A DNA stretch of 64,000 nucleotides from an uncultured Collinsella sp. (GTDB taxonomy: Bacteria; Actinomycetota; Coriobacteriia; Coriobacteriales; Coriobacteriaceae): assembly GCA_934621295.1 (NCBI GenBank), contig CAKTVB010000007.1, positions 6,494 to 70,493 of the forward strand, in the 5' to 3' direction. A program made the translations under genes and the position numbers. Positions 8,290-18,785 of the stretch are shown piece after piece (within the stretch, counting starts at the first letter, position 1; the number at the start of each line of letters is the position of its first letter). The notes beneath the pieces were generated by a model. That model did not search any database. It saw nothing but the letters and a program-made list of their open reading frames with translations, and was not told the DNA's origin.

Positions 8290-10395
8290 ATGGGGCGTAA
8301 ACATAAAACGAACGGGCATCGTTCTCCTGTGCGTTCGCGTCGCGTGGCGGGCCTTTTGGGCACCGTGCATGTGACGGGCGGCGTCGCTACGGTAGAGACT
8401 GCCGAGGGCGTATTCAGGCTTACCGAGCGCGGGATGCGCGAGGCCATGCCGGGTGATACGGTAACGGTGAGCTTGCATCGTGGGCCGGGCGGCGAGCGTC
8501 GCGCGCAGGTCGAATCGGTGGAGGAGCGCTCGCAGACCGTCTTGGTGGGAACCTATCATCAGGCGGGGCCGTTGGGTGTCGTGCGGCCGTTGGACAAGCG
8601 AGCCAAGCTCGATTTCTTTGTGCCCCCACACGATCAGTCGCCCGAGCGGCTGGGCGTGGCCGATGGCGACCTTGTCGCCGCGCGTATCGTGAGCTATCCC
8701 ACGCGGATGGAATCGGGTGTGGTGACGATTGACCGGCGCATTGGCGGGAAAGACGCCCCGGATGCCGGCATTCAGACCGTCATGGCGCGCTACGACTTGG
8801 CCGACGGCTATGCGCCGGCTGCACTTGCAGAGGCCGAGTCGCTGGAGCTCGATGTTGAATCGGCTCTTCAAGATCCGCTGCGACGCGATATTCGCGACCG
8901 TTTCTTGCTGACGATCGATCCGGTGGATGCCCGTGACTTTGACGACGCCATCTCCGTTGAGCGCACGCCTGCAGGCGGCTGGAAGCTTGGCGTGCATATC
9001 GCCGACGTGTCGCATTACGTTGTGTGGGAGAGCTCTATCGACCTTGAGGCTCGCATGCGTTCTACGAGCGTTTATTTGGCCGATCGCGTGTTGCCTATGC
9101 TGCCCGAGTGCCTGTCGAACGACCTGTGTTCGCTGCGTCCCCATGAGGATCGCCTTGCCTTTACGGTGGATATTGAACTCGATGCGCGCGGGCACGTGCT
9201 GTCGAGCCGTGCTTATCCGAGCGTGATTCAGTCGCGCGTGCGCCTTGATTACGATGCGGCCGATTGGCTGCTTTGGGGTGAGGAGGCTGCGGGCGATGAT
9301 GCTGAGGACGTCGACCTGGCATGCGTGGAGCGCGCCGAACAGGCGCGTCGAGACGCTGCCGCCTGCGGGGTTGATATCGCCGCGTTTCTTCGCGATGCCG
9401 ATGAGCTCGCGCGTGCACGCCAGCGGGTGAGGCGTCGCCGCGGTGCTATCGATTTCGAATCGAGCGAGGTCCATGTGGCCCTTGACGACGAGGGCGTGCC
9501 GGAGCGCATCGATGTGCGTCGCCGCACCCCGGCGACGTCACTTGTGGAAGAGGCCATGCTTCTTGCCAACGAGTGCGTGGCAAGAAAGCTGGTGGCGGCG
9601 GGTGCGCCTGCAGCGTTTCGCGTGCACGAGGACCCTTCGCCCGACGAGTTGACGGCCGCGACAGAGGTGCTGATCGAGGCGCGGACGATCGATCGCCAAG
9701 AGGCGCTGGGCATCATGACCGGCGATTCCCATGCTATCGAGGGCGTTCTGGAGCGCAGCGCCCAGACCTCCCAGGCCCCTATGGTAAATGCGCTGCTTCT
9801 GCGCGCGATGCAGCGTGCCGTGTACCGTCCGCATAACCTGGGGCACTATGCCTTGGGTGCCGATGCGTATTGCCACTTCACGAGCCCTATTCGTCGCTAT
9901 CCCGACTTGCTGGTCCATCGCGCCCTCAAGATGTTGCTCGCGCGCGAGCGACTGGGTGCCCGCGTGGCACATGAGCGGGCGCCGCGTCTGGTGGGCACGG
10001 GCCCACAGGACATGGAGCACATTTTGCCGATGCTCTGTCGGGAGGCGTCTTCGCGCGAGCGCATCGCCGACGCTGCGGCGCGTGACTCTCAAAAGGTGAA
10101 GGTTGCCCAGTACTACGCTCAGCGTGTAGGTGAGCGCATGGCCGCGACCGTTACCTGGATCGACCAGATGGGTGCGTTCGTGCGCGTGGACGAGACCGCG
10201 GCGGAAGGCCTGGTGCGCATGAGCGCACTGGGCGGCAACGAGTGGTGGGACTTCGATGAGCGTCGCCTCACCCTTACCGGTACGTCTTCGGGCGAGGTCA
10301 TCTCGCTTGGTCGACGGGCAATCGTGGAGGTTGTGGGCACCGATTGCATGCGCGGGCACCTCGACTTCAAGCTGATACACACCTTGAGCATTTAG
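8290..10395 (+). CDS. rnr: Ribonuclease R (RNB-family 3'-5' exoribonuclease with C-terminal S1 domain)
   Basis: ATG 8290 follows GGAGG. RNB motifs IDPVDARDFDDAIS and HYALGADAYCHFTSPIRRYPDLLVHR are present. An S1-like C-terminus is present (VTWIDQMGAFVRVDE). Confidence 0.9.
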   Translation: MGRKHKTNGHRSPVRSRRVAGLLGTVHVTGGVATVETAEGVFRLTERGMREAMPGDTVTVSLHRGPGGERRAQVESVEERSQTVLVGTYHQAGPLGVVRPLDKRAKLDFFVPPHDQSPERLGVADGDLVAARIVSYPTRMESGVVTIDRRIGGKDAPDAGIQTVMARYDLADGYAPAALAEAESLELDVESALQDPLRRDIRDRFLLTIDPVDARDFDDAISVERTPAGGWKLGVHIADVSHYVVWESSIDLEARMRSTSVYLADRVLPMLPECLSNDLCSLRPHEDRLAFTVDIELDARGHVLSSRAYPSVIQSRVRLDYDAADWLLWGEEAAGDDAEDVDLACVERAEQARRDAAACGVDIAAFLRDADELARARQRVRRRRGAIDFESSEVHVALDDEGVPERIDVRRRTPATSLVEEAMLLANECVARKLVAAGAPAAFRVHEDPSPDELTAATEVLIEARTIDRQEALGIMTGDSHAIEGVLERSAQTSQAPMVNALLLRAMQRAVYRPHNLGHYALGADAYCHFTSPIRRYPDLLVHRALKMLLARERLGARVAHERAPRLVGTGPQDMEHILPMLCREASSRERIADAAARDSQKVKVAQYYAQRVGERMAATVTWIDQMGAFVRVDETAAEGLVRMSALGGNEWWDFDERRLTLTGTSSGEVISLGRRAIVEVVGTDCMRGHLDFKLIHTLSI

Positions 10396-10433
10396 GCTAC
10401 ACTGAGAAGCCGAACCGAGATTCAGGAGGACAT

Positions 10434-11285
10434 GTGGAAACGCCGATTTCCGAACAAGATATCGAGTACGCCGAGACCTATCTGGCGGCAGGCGACATTT
10501 CTACGGCATCGCAGATGCTCGAGCGTTATCTGGAGCTCGCTGAGGAGTACATTGCCGAGGAGTGCCAGGCAACGGACGAGGTGCAGTACTTCAGCTTCCA
10601 GGATCCTTTCGAGCGCCTATGCTATGCACGCGTCGAGCGCGATCCGCGCCGTATCATTGCGGCGCCCACCCCGTTCGATCGCCTGTATTCCGACGTGGCA
10701 TACGTGTGCATCCAACAGCAGGATTACGAGCGCGCACGCGATGCACTTATCCAGGCGGTGCGCTGGAACCCCATGAACTGCAAGTATCGTTTGGACCTGG
10801 CAGAGATCTTCCGTGCCCTGGGCGATATCCAGGAGTGGGCGGCGCTTTCCAATTCCGTGCTTGAGCGTGCGTCCGATGGTCGCGTTGCCGCTCGTGCATA
10901 TTCCAACTTGGGTCAGCTCTTTATCGATCAGGACAACGCCGTTGCCGCCTCCGGCTGCGCGCGTCTGGCCGTGCGCCTGGCTCCCGCCGATGCTCGCACG
11001 GTGGCCTTGATGGACCGTCTGGCCAAGGAACATCCCGAGGTCGCCCAGGATTCTGACGAACATGTGCTGGGAGAGCTTTCGATCCAGGGTATCCCCACGA
11101 GCCCTTCTCCCGATGTTGCCATCTGTTTGCTCATCTGCGCGTCCGACGCCGCCACGGCGGGCGATCGTGCAAAGGCCGCCGAGTACACGGCGCGCGCAAA
11201 CGGGCTTATTGGCAAGGAGGCCTGCTCCGCGCTGATCAAGATGATTCGCGAGGCAGATAGCGAGGGTGGCGCCGATGCCCAGTAA
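10434..11285 (+). CDS. TPR-like repeat protein, function unknown
   Basis: GTG 10434 follows AGGAGGA. The protein has helical repeats, and its codon usage matches the neighbours. The 3' end overlaps the smpB start. Confidence 0.6.
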   Translation: METPISEQDIEYAETYLAAGDISTASQMLERYLELAEEYIAEECQATDEVQYFSFQDPFERLCYARVERDPRRIIAAPTPFDRLYSDVAYVCIQQQDYERARDALIQAVRWNPMNCKYRLDLAEIFRALGDIQEWAALSNSVLERASDGRVAARAYSNLGQLFIDQDNAVAASGCARLAVRLAPADARTVALMDRLAKEHPEVAQDSDEHVLGELSIQGIPTSPSPDVAICLLICASDAATAGDRAKAAEYTARANGLIGKEACSALIKMIREADSEGGADAQ

Positions 11286-11748
11286 GAAGGAACACAAGCT
11301 CATCTCCAAGAATCGCTCGGCGCATCATGAGTACTTTATCGACGAGACCATCGAGTGCGGCGTTGAGCTTGCCGGCGCCGAGGTGAAGAGCATCCGCGAG
11401 CGCGCCTGCCAGATCACGGACACCTTTGCGATTATCCGCGGGGGAGAGTGCTGGCTCGTGGGCCTGCATATCCATCCCTACAGCAACGGTGGCGTGTGGA
11501 ACCGCGACCCAGATCGTCGCAAGAAGCTCTTGCTCCATCGCAAGGAGATTGACTACCTGGATGGCAAGCTGCGTAATCGGGGTTACGCACTGGTTCCGTT
11601 GGAGCTGTATTTCAACGATTCCGGTCGTGTGAAGCTGCTGCTTGGACTGGGTCGCGGCAAGAAGCTCTATGACAAGCGCGAAGATATGGCCAAGCGGGAT
11701 GTGCAGAGGGAGATCGATCGAGCCCTCAAAACACGCCTGCGCGGCTGA
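11275..11748 (+). CDS. smpB: SsrA-binding protein SmpB
   Basis: Motifs NRSAHHEYFI, GAEVKSIR, LLLHRKEI and a basic C-terminal tail are present. One of only four TGA stops in the window. Confidence 0.95.
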   Translation: MPSKKEHKLISKNRSAHHEYFIDETIECGVELAGAEVKSIRERACQITDTFAIIRGGECWLVGLHIHPYSNGGVWNRDPDRRKKLLLHRKEIDYLDGKLRNRGYALVPLELYFNDSGRVKLLLGLGRGKKLYDKREDMAKRDVQREIDRALKTRLRG

Positions 11749-11870
11749 GGCACCGCACCTCGGCGCTCAATCGTCGGGCGCCGCACGCTAGGCGTGCGCC
11801 CTCCTCTTTCGTGCCGATCTGCGGCACCTCAGCCACGCAGAGGACGTGGGCTGTATATTGCTTTTGATTA

Positions 11871-11900
11871 CGGCTTCCTTTGGGAGGCCGTTTCTTTTTT
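11871..11900 (+). terminator. Rho-independent terminator downstream of smpB
   Basis: CGGCTTCC / GGAGGCCG stem (one G-T pair) followed by TTTCTTTTTT. Confidence 0.55.
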
Positions 11901-11984
11901 CGCAATTGGCATAAAAGGACTTGTATTTAATAAATAGGAACTTATACTATTAATAAGTACACAGCCAGTTCTAGGGAGGACATC

Positions 11985-12128
11985 ATGGCTGAAGAGAAGA
12001 AGACCTACAAGTTTGTCTGCACTGTTTGCGGTTACGAGGTTGAGGTCGATACGCCTGAGCTGCCGGAGGATTACGTGTGCCCGGTTTGCGGCGTGGGCCC
12101 CGATCAGTTTGAGCGCGTCGACGAGTAA
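11985..12128 (+). CDS. Small rubredoxin-like protein (47 aa), absent from the ORF track because it is under 60 aa
   Basis: ATG lies 5 nt after GGGAGGA. Translation: [47 protein letters not shown]. It has two CxxC knuckles, the second as CPVCG followed by DQFE as in rubredoxins, and its own terminator. Confidence 0.75.
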   Translation: MAEEKKTYKFVCTVCGYEVEVDTPELPEDYVCPVCGVGPDQFERVDE

Positions 12129-12159
12129 CATGCGCTAGATACATCCAACGTTCTCCAGC

Positions 12160-12201
12160 GCGGGGCGAGGTCCATCGGGTCTCGCCCCGCGTTCGTTTTT
12201 T
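12160..12201 (+). terminator. Rho-independent terminator after the rubredoxin-like gene
   Basis: GCGGGGCGAG / CTCGCCCCGC 10-bp stem followed by GTTCGTTTTTT. Confidence 0.7.
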
Positions 12202-12337
12202 GCGCGTGCGTTACGCATATGTTTCGAAACAGCAGGGAAACATCTTGGCAAACCTACCGCCGTAGTATGTAGCCCTCACGCAACATGAGAATACTATGCG
12301 TGTGTGATCGAGCTAGAAGCTATCGGGGAGGTAAACG

Positions 12338-15300
12338 ATGCAGGAGCAGGGAAAACCCGCTGACCAGCACCATCAGGGACTGTATCGTCCTGAGTTTGAA
12401 CACGATGCGTGCGGCATTGGCGCGCTCGCTAATCTTCATGGACAAAAGAGCCACCAGATTTTGGATGACGCTCTTTCGGTACTCGTCAATTTGGAGCACC
12501 GTGGCGGCACGGGCTTGGAGAAGAACACCGGCGACGGCGCCGGTATCCTCTTTCAGGTGCCGCATCATTTTTTCCGCAAAGAAGCGCAGAAGTGCGGCCA
12601 GATCTTGCCCGCCGAGGGCGATTACGGCGTGGCCATGCTCTTCTTCCCGCAGGACGAATGCGGTGTCGAAGATGCAACCCGCGTATTTGAAGAGGGCTGT
12701 GCCGAGGCCGGCGTGCCGCTGCTGTTTTGGCGTCAAGTTCCGGTAGACCCGCATGATCTGGGCGAGACGGCCCGTGCCTGCATGCCCACGATCCTGCAGG
12801 CGTTCCTGGGCCGCCCCGAGGACGTGGAGGCTGGCGACGACTTCGAGCGCCGCCTGTACGTTTGCCGCCGTACCGTCGAGAAGCGCGCCGACACCGAGTT
12901 CTCCCTGCAGGGCAAGATTTTCTACGTCTGCTCCATGAGCTCGCGCACCGTGGTCTATAAGGGCATGCTCGTGGCCACGCAGATGCGCCGCTTCTTCACC
13001 GATCTTAACGACGCTGCGGTCAAGACGGCGGTGGCGCTCGTTCACTCCCGTTATTCCACCAACACCACGCCGAGCTGGGAGCGCGCGCACCCCAACCGCT
13101 ACATCATCCATAACGGCGAGATCAACACCCTCAAGGGCAACGTCAACTGGATTCGCGCCCGCGAACCGAACCTCTACTCGCCGGTGCTCCAGCACGATCT
13201 CGAGCGCGTGCTGCCCATCATCAACCGCGAGGGCTCGGACTCCGCCATCCTCGATAACGTCCTCGAGTTCCTGGTCATGAACGGGCGCTCTATGACACGC
13301 GCGGCGTCTATGTTGCTGCCCGAGCCGTGGGATCACAACACGAATCTTTCCGAGGAGCGTCGCGCCTACGACGCCTACCAGTCCATGCTCATGGAGCCCT
13401 GGGACGGTCCTGCCGCGATCGCCTTTACCGATGGCCGCACCCTGGGCGCCGCCCTCGACCGCAACGGCCTGCGCCCGGCTCGCTACTATGTGACGCGCGA
13501 CGACCGCTTCCTGCTCTCCTCTGAGGTGGGCACCATCGAGATCGATCCGGCAAACGTGCTTACCGCCGGCTGCCTGGGCCCGGGCGAGATGCTCGAGGTC
13601 GATTTTGCGCAGGGCCGCGTGAAGTACAACGACGAGATTCGTCGTGCCTTCGCCATGCAAAAGCCCTATCGCGATTGGATTGCGGACGAGACGCTCGATG
13701 TCGACGACCTCGATGCCGCCAAGACCGAGGCTCCGCGTGAGGACGCCGATGTTCCCGAGGTCGTGCGCATGGCTCGCTTGGGCTACCACTGGGACGACGT
13801 CGACGAGGCCGTACGTCCCATGGCGCAGGGGGGTAAGGTGCCCCTGGCCTCCATGGGCATCGATGCTCCGCTCGCCGTGCTCTCCAAGAAGAACCGCTCG
13901 TTCTTCGATTACTTCTACCAGCTGTTCGCGCAGGTCACGAACCCGCCGATCGACGCACTGCGCGAGAGCTTCGTGACCTCTACCAAGCTGTACCTGGGAA
14001 ATCACGGCAACTTGCTCGAAGATTCCCGTGCCGCCTGCCAGCTGGTGCGCCTGCCGCGTCCGTTGCTGGACAAAAAGCAGTTCGAGGCCATCTGCGCCAT
14101 CGATCGCGTGGGCTTCAAGACGGCGCGCTTCCGTGCGGTCTACAAACGCGACGACGCTCCCGGCGCTCTGGCCCGTGCCCTCGATAAGCTGGCGCAAGAC
14201 GTCGAGGCCGCCGTGCGCGATGGCGTGAACATCGTGGTGCTTTCCGACCGCGCCGCTGCGGGCGAGGTGCCCATCCCGTCGCTTCTGGCCACGGGTGCCG
14301 TGCACAATCACCTGATCCGTGCCGGCGTGCGCACCTTTGCCGACCTGGTTGTCGAGACGGGCGACGCCCTGTGCGCCCACGATTTCGCGACTCTTGTGGG
14401 CTACTCCGCAAGCGGCATCTACCCCTATATGGCGCATGATTGCATTCGCGACCTCGCTGCGCGCGGCGACCTGGACGTCTCTGCCGAGGAAGGCATCGCC
14501 AACTACAACCGCGCCGTGACGGCGGGCATCGTCTCCATCATGTCCAAGATGGGCATCTCCACGGTGCAGAGCTATCACTCTGCGCAGATCTTCGAGGCCG
14601 TGGGCTTTGATGACGAGTTTATCGACCGCTATTTTGCCGGTACCGTTTCGCGCGTGGGTGGCATGGGCGTTGCCGACGTCGAGCGCGAGGAGAACAAGCG
14701 CTATGACGACGCGCTCGCCATCCTGAAGACCGCTGCTCCCGACCAGCTGCCTACCCTTGGCCTTACCAAGTGGCGTCCCGTGGTGGGCGAGGATCACCTT
14801 ATCGACCCGCAGACCATCTACCTGCTGCAGCGTGCCTGCCAACAGGGCGATGACGACCTGTTCCAGGAGTACAGCGCCCACGTGCACCGTGCCGGCCGCG
14901 CCGTTCGCTTGCGCGACTTGCTCGACTTCGACGCGTCCGGTCGTACGCCGGTGGCGCTTGACGAGGTGGAGAGCGCACGCGACATCGTGCGCCGCTTTAA
15001 CACCGGCGCCATGAGCTACGGCTCCATCAGCCAGGAGGCACACGAGTGCATGGCTATTGCCATGAACCGCCTGCATGGTCGCTCCAACTCCGGTGAGGGC
15101 GGCGAGGATCCGCGTCGCGAGACGCCGCTGCCCAACGGTGACTCCAAGAACTCCGCCATCAAGCAGATCGCTTCGGCGCGCTTTGGCGTGACGAGTCGCT
15201 ACCTGTGCTCGGCTATCGAGATTCAGATCAAGATGGCTCAAGGCGCCAAGCCCGGTGAAGGCGGCCACCTGCCTGGCAAGAAGGTGTACCCCTGGATTGC

Positions 15301-17008
15301 CGAGGTGCGTCAGTCCACGCCCGGCATCGGCCTCATCTCGCCTCCGCCTCACCACGACATCTACTCCATCGAGGACCTGGCCGAGCTCATCTTCGACCTT
15401 AAGAACGCCAATCCGGGCGCCCGCGTGTCGGTCAAGCTCTGCTCCGAAGCGGGCGTTGGCACCATCGCCACAGGCGTGGCCAAGGGTGCTGCTAACAAGA
15501 TCTTGATCTCTGGCCATAACGGCGGCACGGGCGCCGCTCCGCGCGATTCTATCTGGCATGCCGGTCTGCCGCTCGAGCTCGGTCTTGCTGAGGCTCAGCA
15601 GACCCTGCTGCAAAACGGACTGCGCTCCCGCGTGGTGCTCGAGGCCGACGGCAAGCTCATGGACGGCACCGACGTCGTCGTGGCGTGCCTGCTGGGAGCC
15701 GAGGAGTTCGGCTTCGCCACCATGCCGCTCATCACCATGGGCTGCCTTATGCAGCGCGACTGCCAGCAGGACACCTGCCCCGCGGGCATCGCCACGCAAA
15801 ACTGCCGTCTGCGCGGCGGCTTCCGTGGCAAGCCCGAGTACGTCGAGAACTTCATGCTGTTCGTGGCCGAGCAGATGCGCGAGGTCATGGCTCGCCTGGG
15901 CTTCCGTACCGTCGAGGAGATGGTGGGCCACCCCGAGTGCCTGCAACAGGTTGAGGTCGAGGGCAACTGGAAGGCCAACCTGCTGGATCTTTCTGCGCTG
16001 CTCGCGCCCGGCGAGTGCACCTTCGGCGCGCACATCGAGGGCGCCGACGGCAAACACTACCTGCCCGAGATGGCTGCCGATTCCGGTCTTGAGCGCGCGC
16101 TCGACTCCACGCTCTTCGTGCCGCTTACGGCCGATGCCCGTCGCCATCTGCGTCCGGTGCACTTCCGTGCCGATATCGCCAACGTCAACCGCTGCGTGGG
16201 TACCATCCTGGGTAGCGAGGTGACGCGTGTGCATCCCGAGGGTCTGCCGGAGGGTTCCATCACCATCGATTGCGACGGCTCTGCCGGCCAGAGCTTTGGC
16301 GCGTTTTTGCCTGCGGGCATCACACTCAACGTGCGCGGCGACGCCAACGACTACTTTGGCAAGGGGCTTTCGGGCGGCATCGTCTCGGTGCATCCCAACG
16401 AGAGCGCGACCTATAAGTTCGACGAGAACATCATCGTGGGCAACGTCGCCTTCTTTGGCGCTACCTCTGGTCGCGGCTTTATCAACGGCCTTGCCGCCCA
16501 GCGCTTTGCCGTGCGCAACTCCGGTGCCACCGTGGTGGTTGAGGGCTGCGGTAACCATGGCTGCGAGTACATGACGGGCGGATGCGTCCTGGTACTTGGC
16601 GAGGTTGGCCAGAACTTCGCCGCCGGCATGACCGGTGGCGTGGCCTACGTCTTCGACGAGTACGGCACACTTGCTTCCCGCTGCAACCAGGAGAGCGTTG
16701 AGCTCAAAGCCCCGACCGATGCCGAGCTTGAGCAGATTCGTTCGCTGATCGAAGAGCATGTGCGCTATACGGCGAGCCCGCGCGGCATCAAACTGCTGTA
16801 TCGCTTCGCAGCCCTTTCGCGCCACTTTGTGAAGGTAATCCCCACCGAGTACGAGCGCGTTTTGCAGATCGTGGCGGACGCCGAGCGTGCGGGCAAGACC
16901 CATGCTCGGGCCGAGGAGCTTGCATTCGAGATCGTCACGCGCGGTGCCGCGGCACCCGCGCCCGCTGCATGCCCCGCACGCGCTATGAATCAGAAGGAGG
17001 GACGCTAG
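12338..17008 (+). CDS. gltB: Glutamate synthase large subunit
   Basis: 1556 aa. The N-terminal Ntn amidotransferase Cys is present (EHDACGIGA), as are FMN/Fe-S and C-terminal GXGXG beta-helix regions. RBS GGGGAGG. Confidence 0.97.
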   Translation: MQEQGKPADQHHQGLYRPEFEHDACGIGALANLHGQKSHQILDDALSVLVNLEHRGGTGLEKNTGDGAGILFQVPHHFFRKEAQKCGQILPAEGDYGVAMLFFPQDECGVEDATRVFEEGCAEAGVPLLFWRQVPVDPHDLGETARACMPTILQAFLGRPEDVEAGDDFERRLYVCRRTVEKRADTEFSLQGKIFYVCSMSSRTVVYKGMLVATQMRRFFTDLNDAAVKTAVALVHSRYSTNTTPSWERAHPNRYIIHNGEINTLKGNVNWIRAREPNLYSPVLQHDLERVLPIINREGSDSAILDNVLEFLVMNGRSMTRAASMLLPEPWDHNTNLSEERRAYDAYQSMLMEPWDGPAAIAFTDGRTLGAALDRNGLRPARYYVTRDDRFLLSSEVGTIEIDPANVLTAGCLGPGEMLEVDFAQGRVKYNDEIRRAFAMQKPYRDWIADETLDVDDLDAAKTEAPREDADVPEVVRMARLGYHWDDVDEAVRPMAQGGKVPLASMGIDAPLAVLSKKNRSFFDYFYQLFAQVTNPPIDALRESFVTSTKLYLGNHGNLLEDSRAACQLVRLPRPLLDKKQFEAICAIDRVGFKTARFRAVYKRDDAPGALARALDKLAQDVEAAVRDGVNIVVLSDRAAAGEVPIPSLLATGAVHNHLIRAGVRTFADLVVETGDALCAHDFATLVGYSASGIYPYMAHDCIRDLAARGDLDVSAEEGIANYNRAVTAGIVSIMSKMGISTVQSYHSAQIFEAVGFDDEFIDRYFAGTVSRVGGMGVADVEREENKRYDDALAILKTAAPDQLPTLGLTKWRPVVGEDHLIDPQTIYLLQRACQQGDDDLFQEYSAHVHRAGRAVRLRDLLDFDASGRTPVALDEVESARDIVRRFNTGAMSYGSISQEAHECMAIAMNRLHGRSNSGEGGEDPRRETPLPNGDSKNSAIKQIASARFGVTSRYLCSAIEIQIKMAQGAKPGEGGHLPGKKVYPWIAEVRQSTPGIGLISPPPHHDIYSIEDLAELIFDLKNANPGARVSVKLCSEAGVGTIATGVAKGAANKILISGHNGGTGAAPRDSIWHAGLPLELGLAEAQQTLLQNGLRSRVVLEADGKLMDGTDVVVACLLGAEEFGFATMPLITMGCLMQRDCQQDTCPAGIATQNCRLRGGFRGKPEYVENFMLFVAEQMREVMARLGFRTVEEMVGHPECLQQVEVEGNWKANLLDLSALLAPGECTFGAHIEGADGKHYLPEMAADSGLERALDSTLFVPLTADARRHLRPVHFRADIANVNRCVGTILGSEVTRVHPEGLPEGSITIDCDGSAGQSFGAFLPAGITLNVRGDANDYFGKGLSGGIVSVHPNESATYKFDENIIVGNVAFFGATSGRGFINGLAAQRFAVRNSGATVVVEGCGNHGCEYMTGGCVLVLGEVGQNFAAGMTGGVAYVFDEYGTLASRCNQESVELKAPTDAELEQIRSLIEEHVRYTASPRGIKLLYRFAALSRHFVKVIPTEYERVLQIVADAERAGKTHARAEELAFEIVTRGAAAPAPAACPARAMNQKEGR

Positions 17009-17010
17009 TT

Positions 17011-18483
<1,473 letters not shown>

Positions 18484-18484
18484 C

Positions 18485-18516
18485 GTGACACCAAGTCGTC
18501 AGGTTTATTTTGTCAC
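18485..18516 (+). repeat. 32-nt AT-rich palindromic element, copy A
   Basis: GTGACACCAAGTCGTCAGGTTTATTTTGTCAC, starting 1 nt after the gltD TAG. 29/32 identical to copy D. Confidence 0.85.
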
Positions 18517-18523
18517 ATTCCCT

Positions 18524-18567
18524 AAAGATGCGGGTCAGGAGCCTCATAGCCCCTGGCCTGCATCTTT
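18524..18567. terminator. Bidirectional-looking hairpin between element copies A and B
   Basis: AAAGATGCGGGTCAGG / CCTGGCCTGCATCTTT 16-bp stem (two G-T pairs) with a 12-nt loop. A-tract and T-tract ends lie between convergent gltD and serA. Confidence 0.5.
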
Positions 18568-18582
18568 CATTCCATCAACCAT

Positions 18583-18614
18583 GTGACAAAAAGTCGACAG
18601 GTTTAATCTGTCAC
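18583..18614 (+). repeat. 32-nt AT-rich palindromic element, copy B
   Basis: GTGACAAAAAGTCGACAGGTTTAATCTGTCAC. 30/32 identical to copy D. Confidence 0.85.
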
Positions 18615-18676
18615 ATCTTGCCATTCACGGCCCTAAAACGACCGTTCGCGGCCACGACATAACCGCCGATTGCCAG

Positions 18677-18720
18677 CAAAAAGCCGCCCCGCAGGTTCAA
18701 AAGAACGCGCGGGGCGGCTT
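18677..18720 (-). terminator. Rho-independent terminator of serA (minus strand)
   Basis: AAGCCGCCCCGC / GCGGGGCGGCTT 12-bp stem. On the minus strand it is followed by TTTT. Confidence 0.65.
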
Positions 18721-18785
18721 GCGTTGTCCATGTTATGCCGCGGCTGCAAAAGCAGCAAGACCTCGCGGCGGCACTGCCAGCGGCG

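Noticed and set aside
11749-11984. tmRNA (ssrA) gene, which often follows smpB in Actinomycetota.
   Set aside because: Only 236 nt are available. There is no GGGG...CGAC 5' end, no tRNA-like T-arm/ACCA 3' end and no tag reading frame. The gap contains only short hairpins, a terminator and the rubredoxin promoter region.
12320-16903. Very long antisense ORFs: 1527 aa opposite gltB, 1027 aa opposite dnaE (37033-40116), 859 aa opposite hpdB (57094-59673), and many others in the track.
   Set aside because: They lie exactly opposite well-supported conserved genes. They have Arg/Ala/Gly/His-rich, low-information composition and no RBS. They are the expected stop-codon-poor shadow frames of GC-rich coding DNA.
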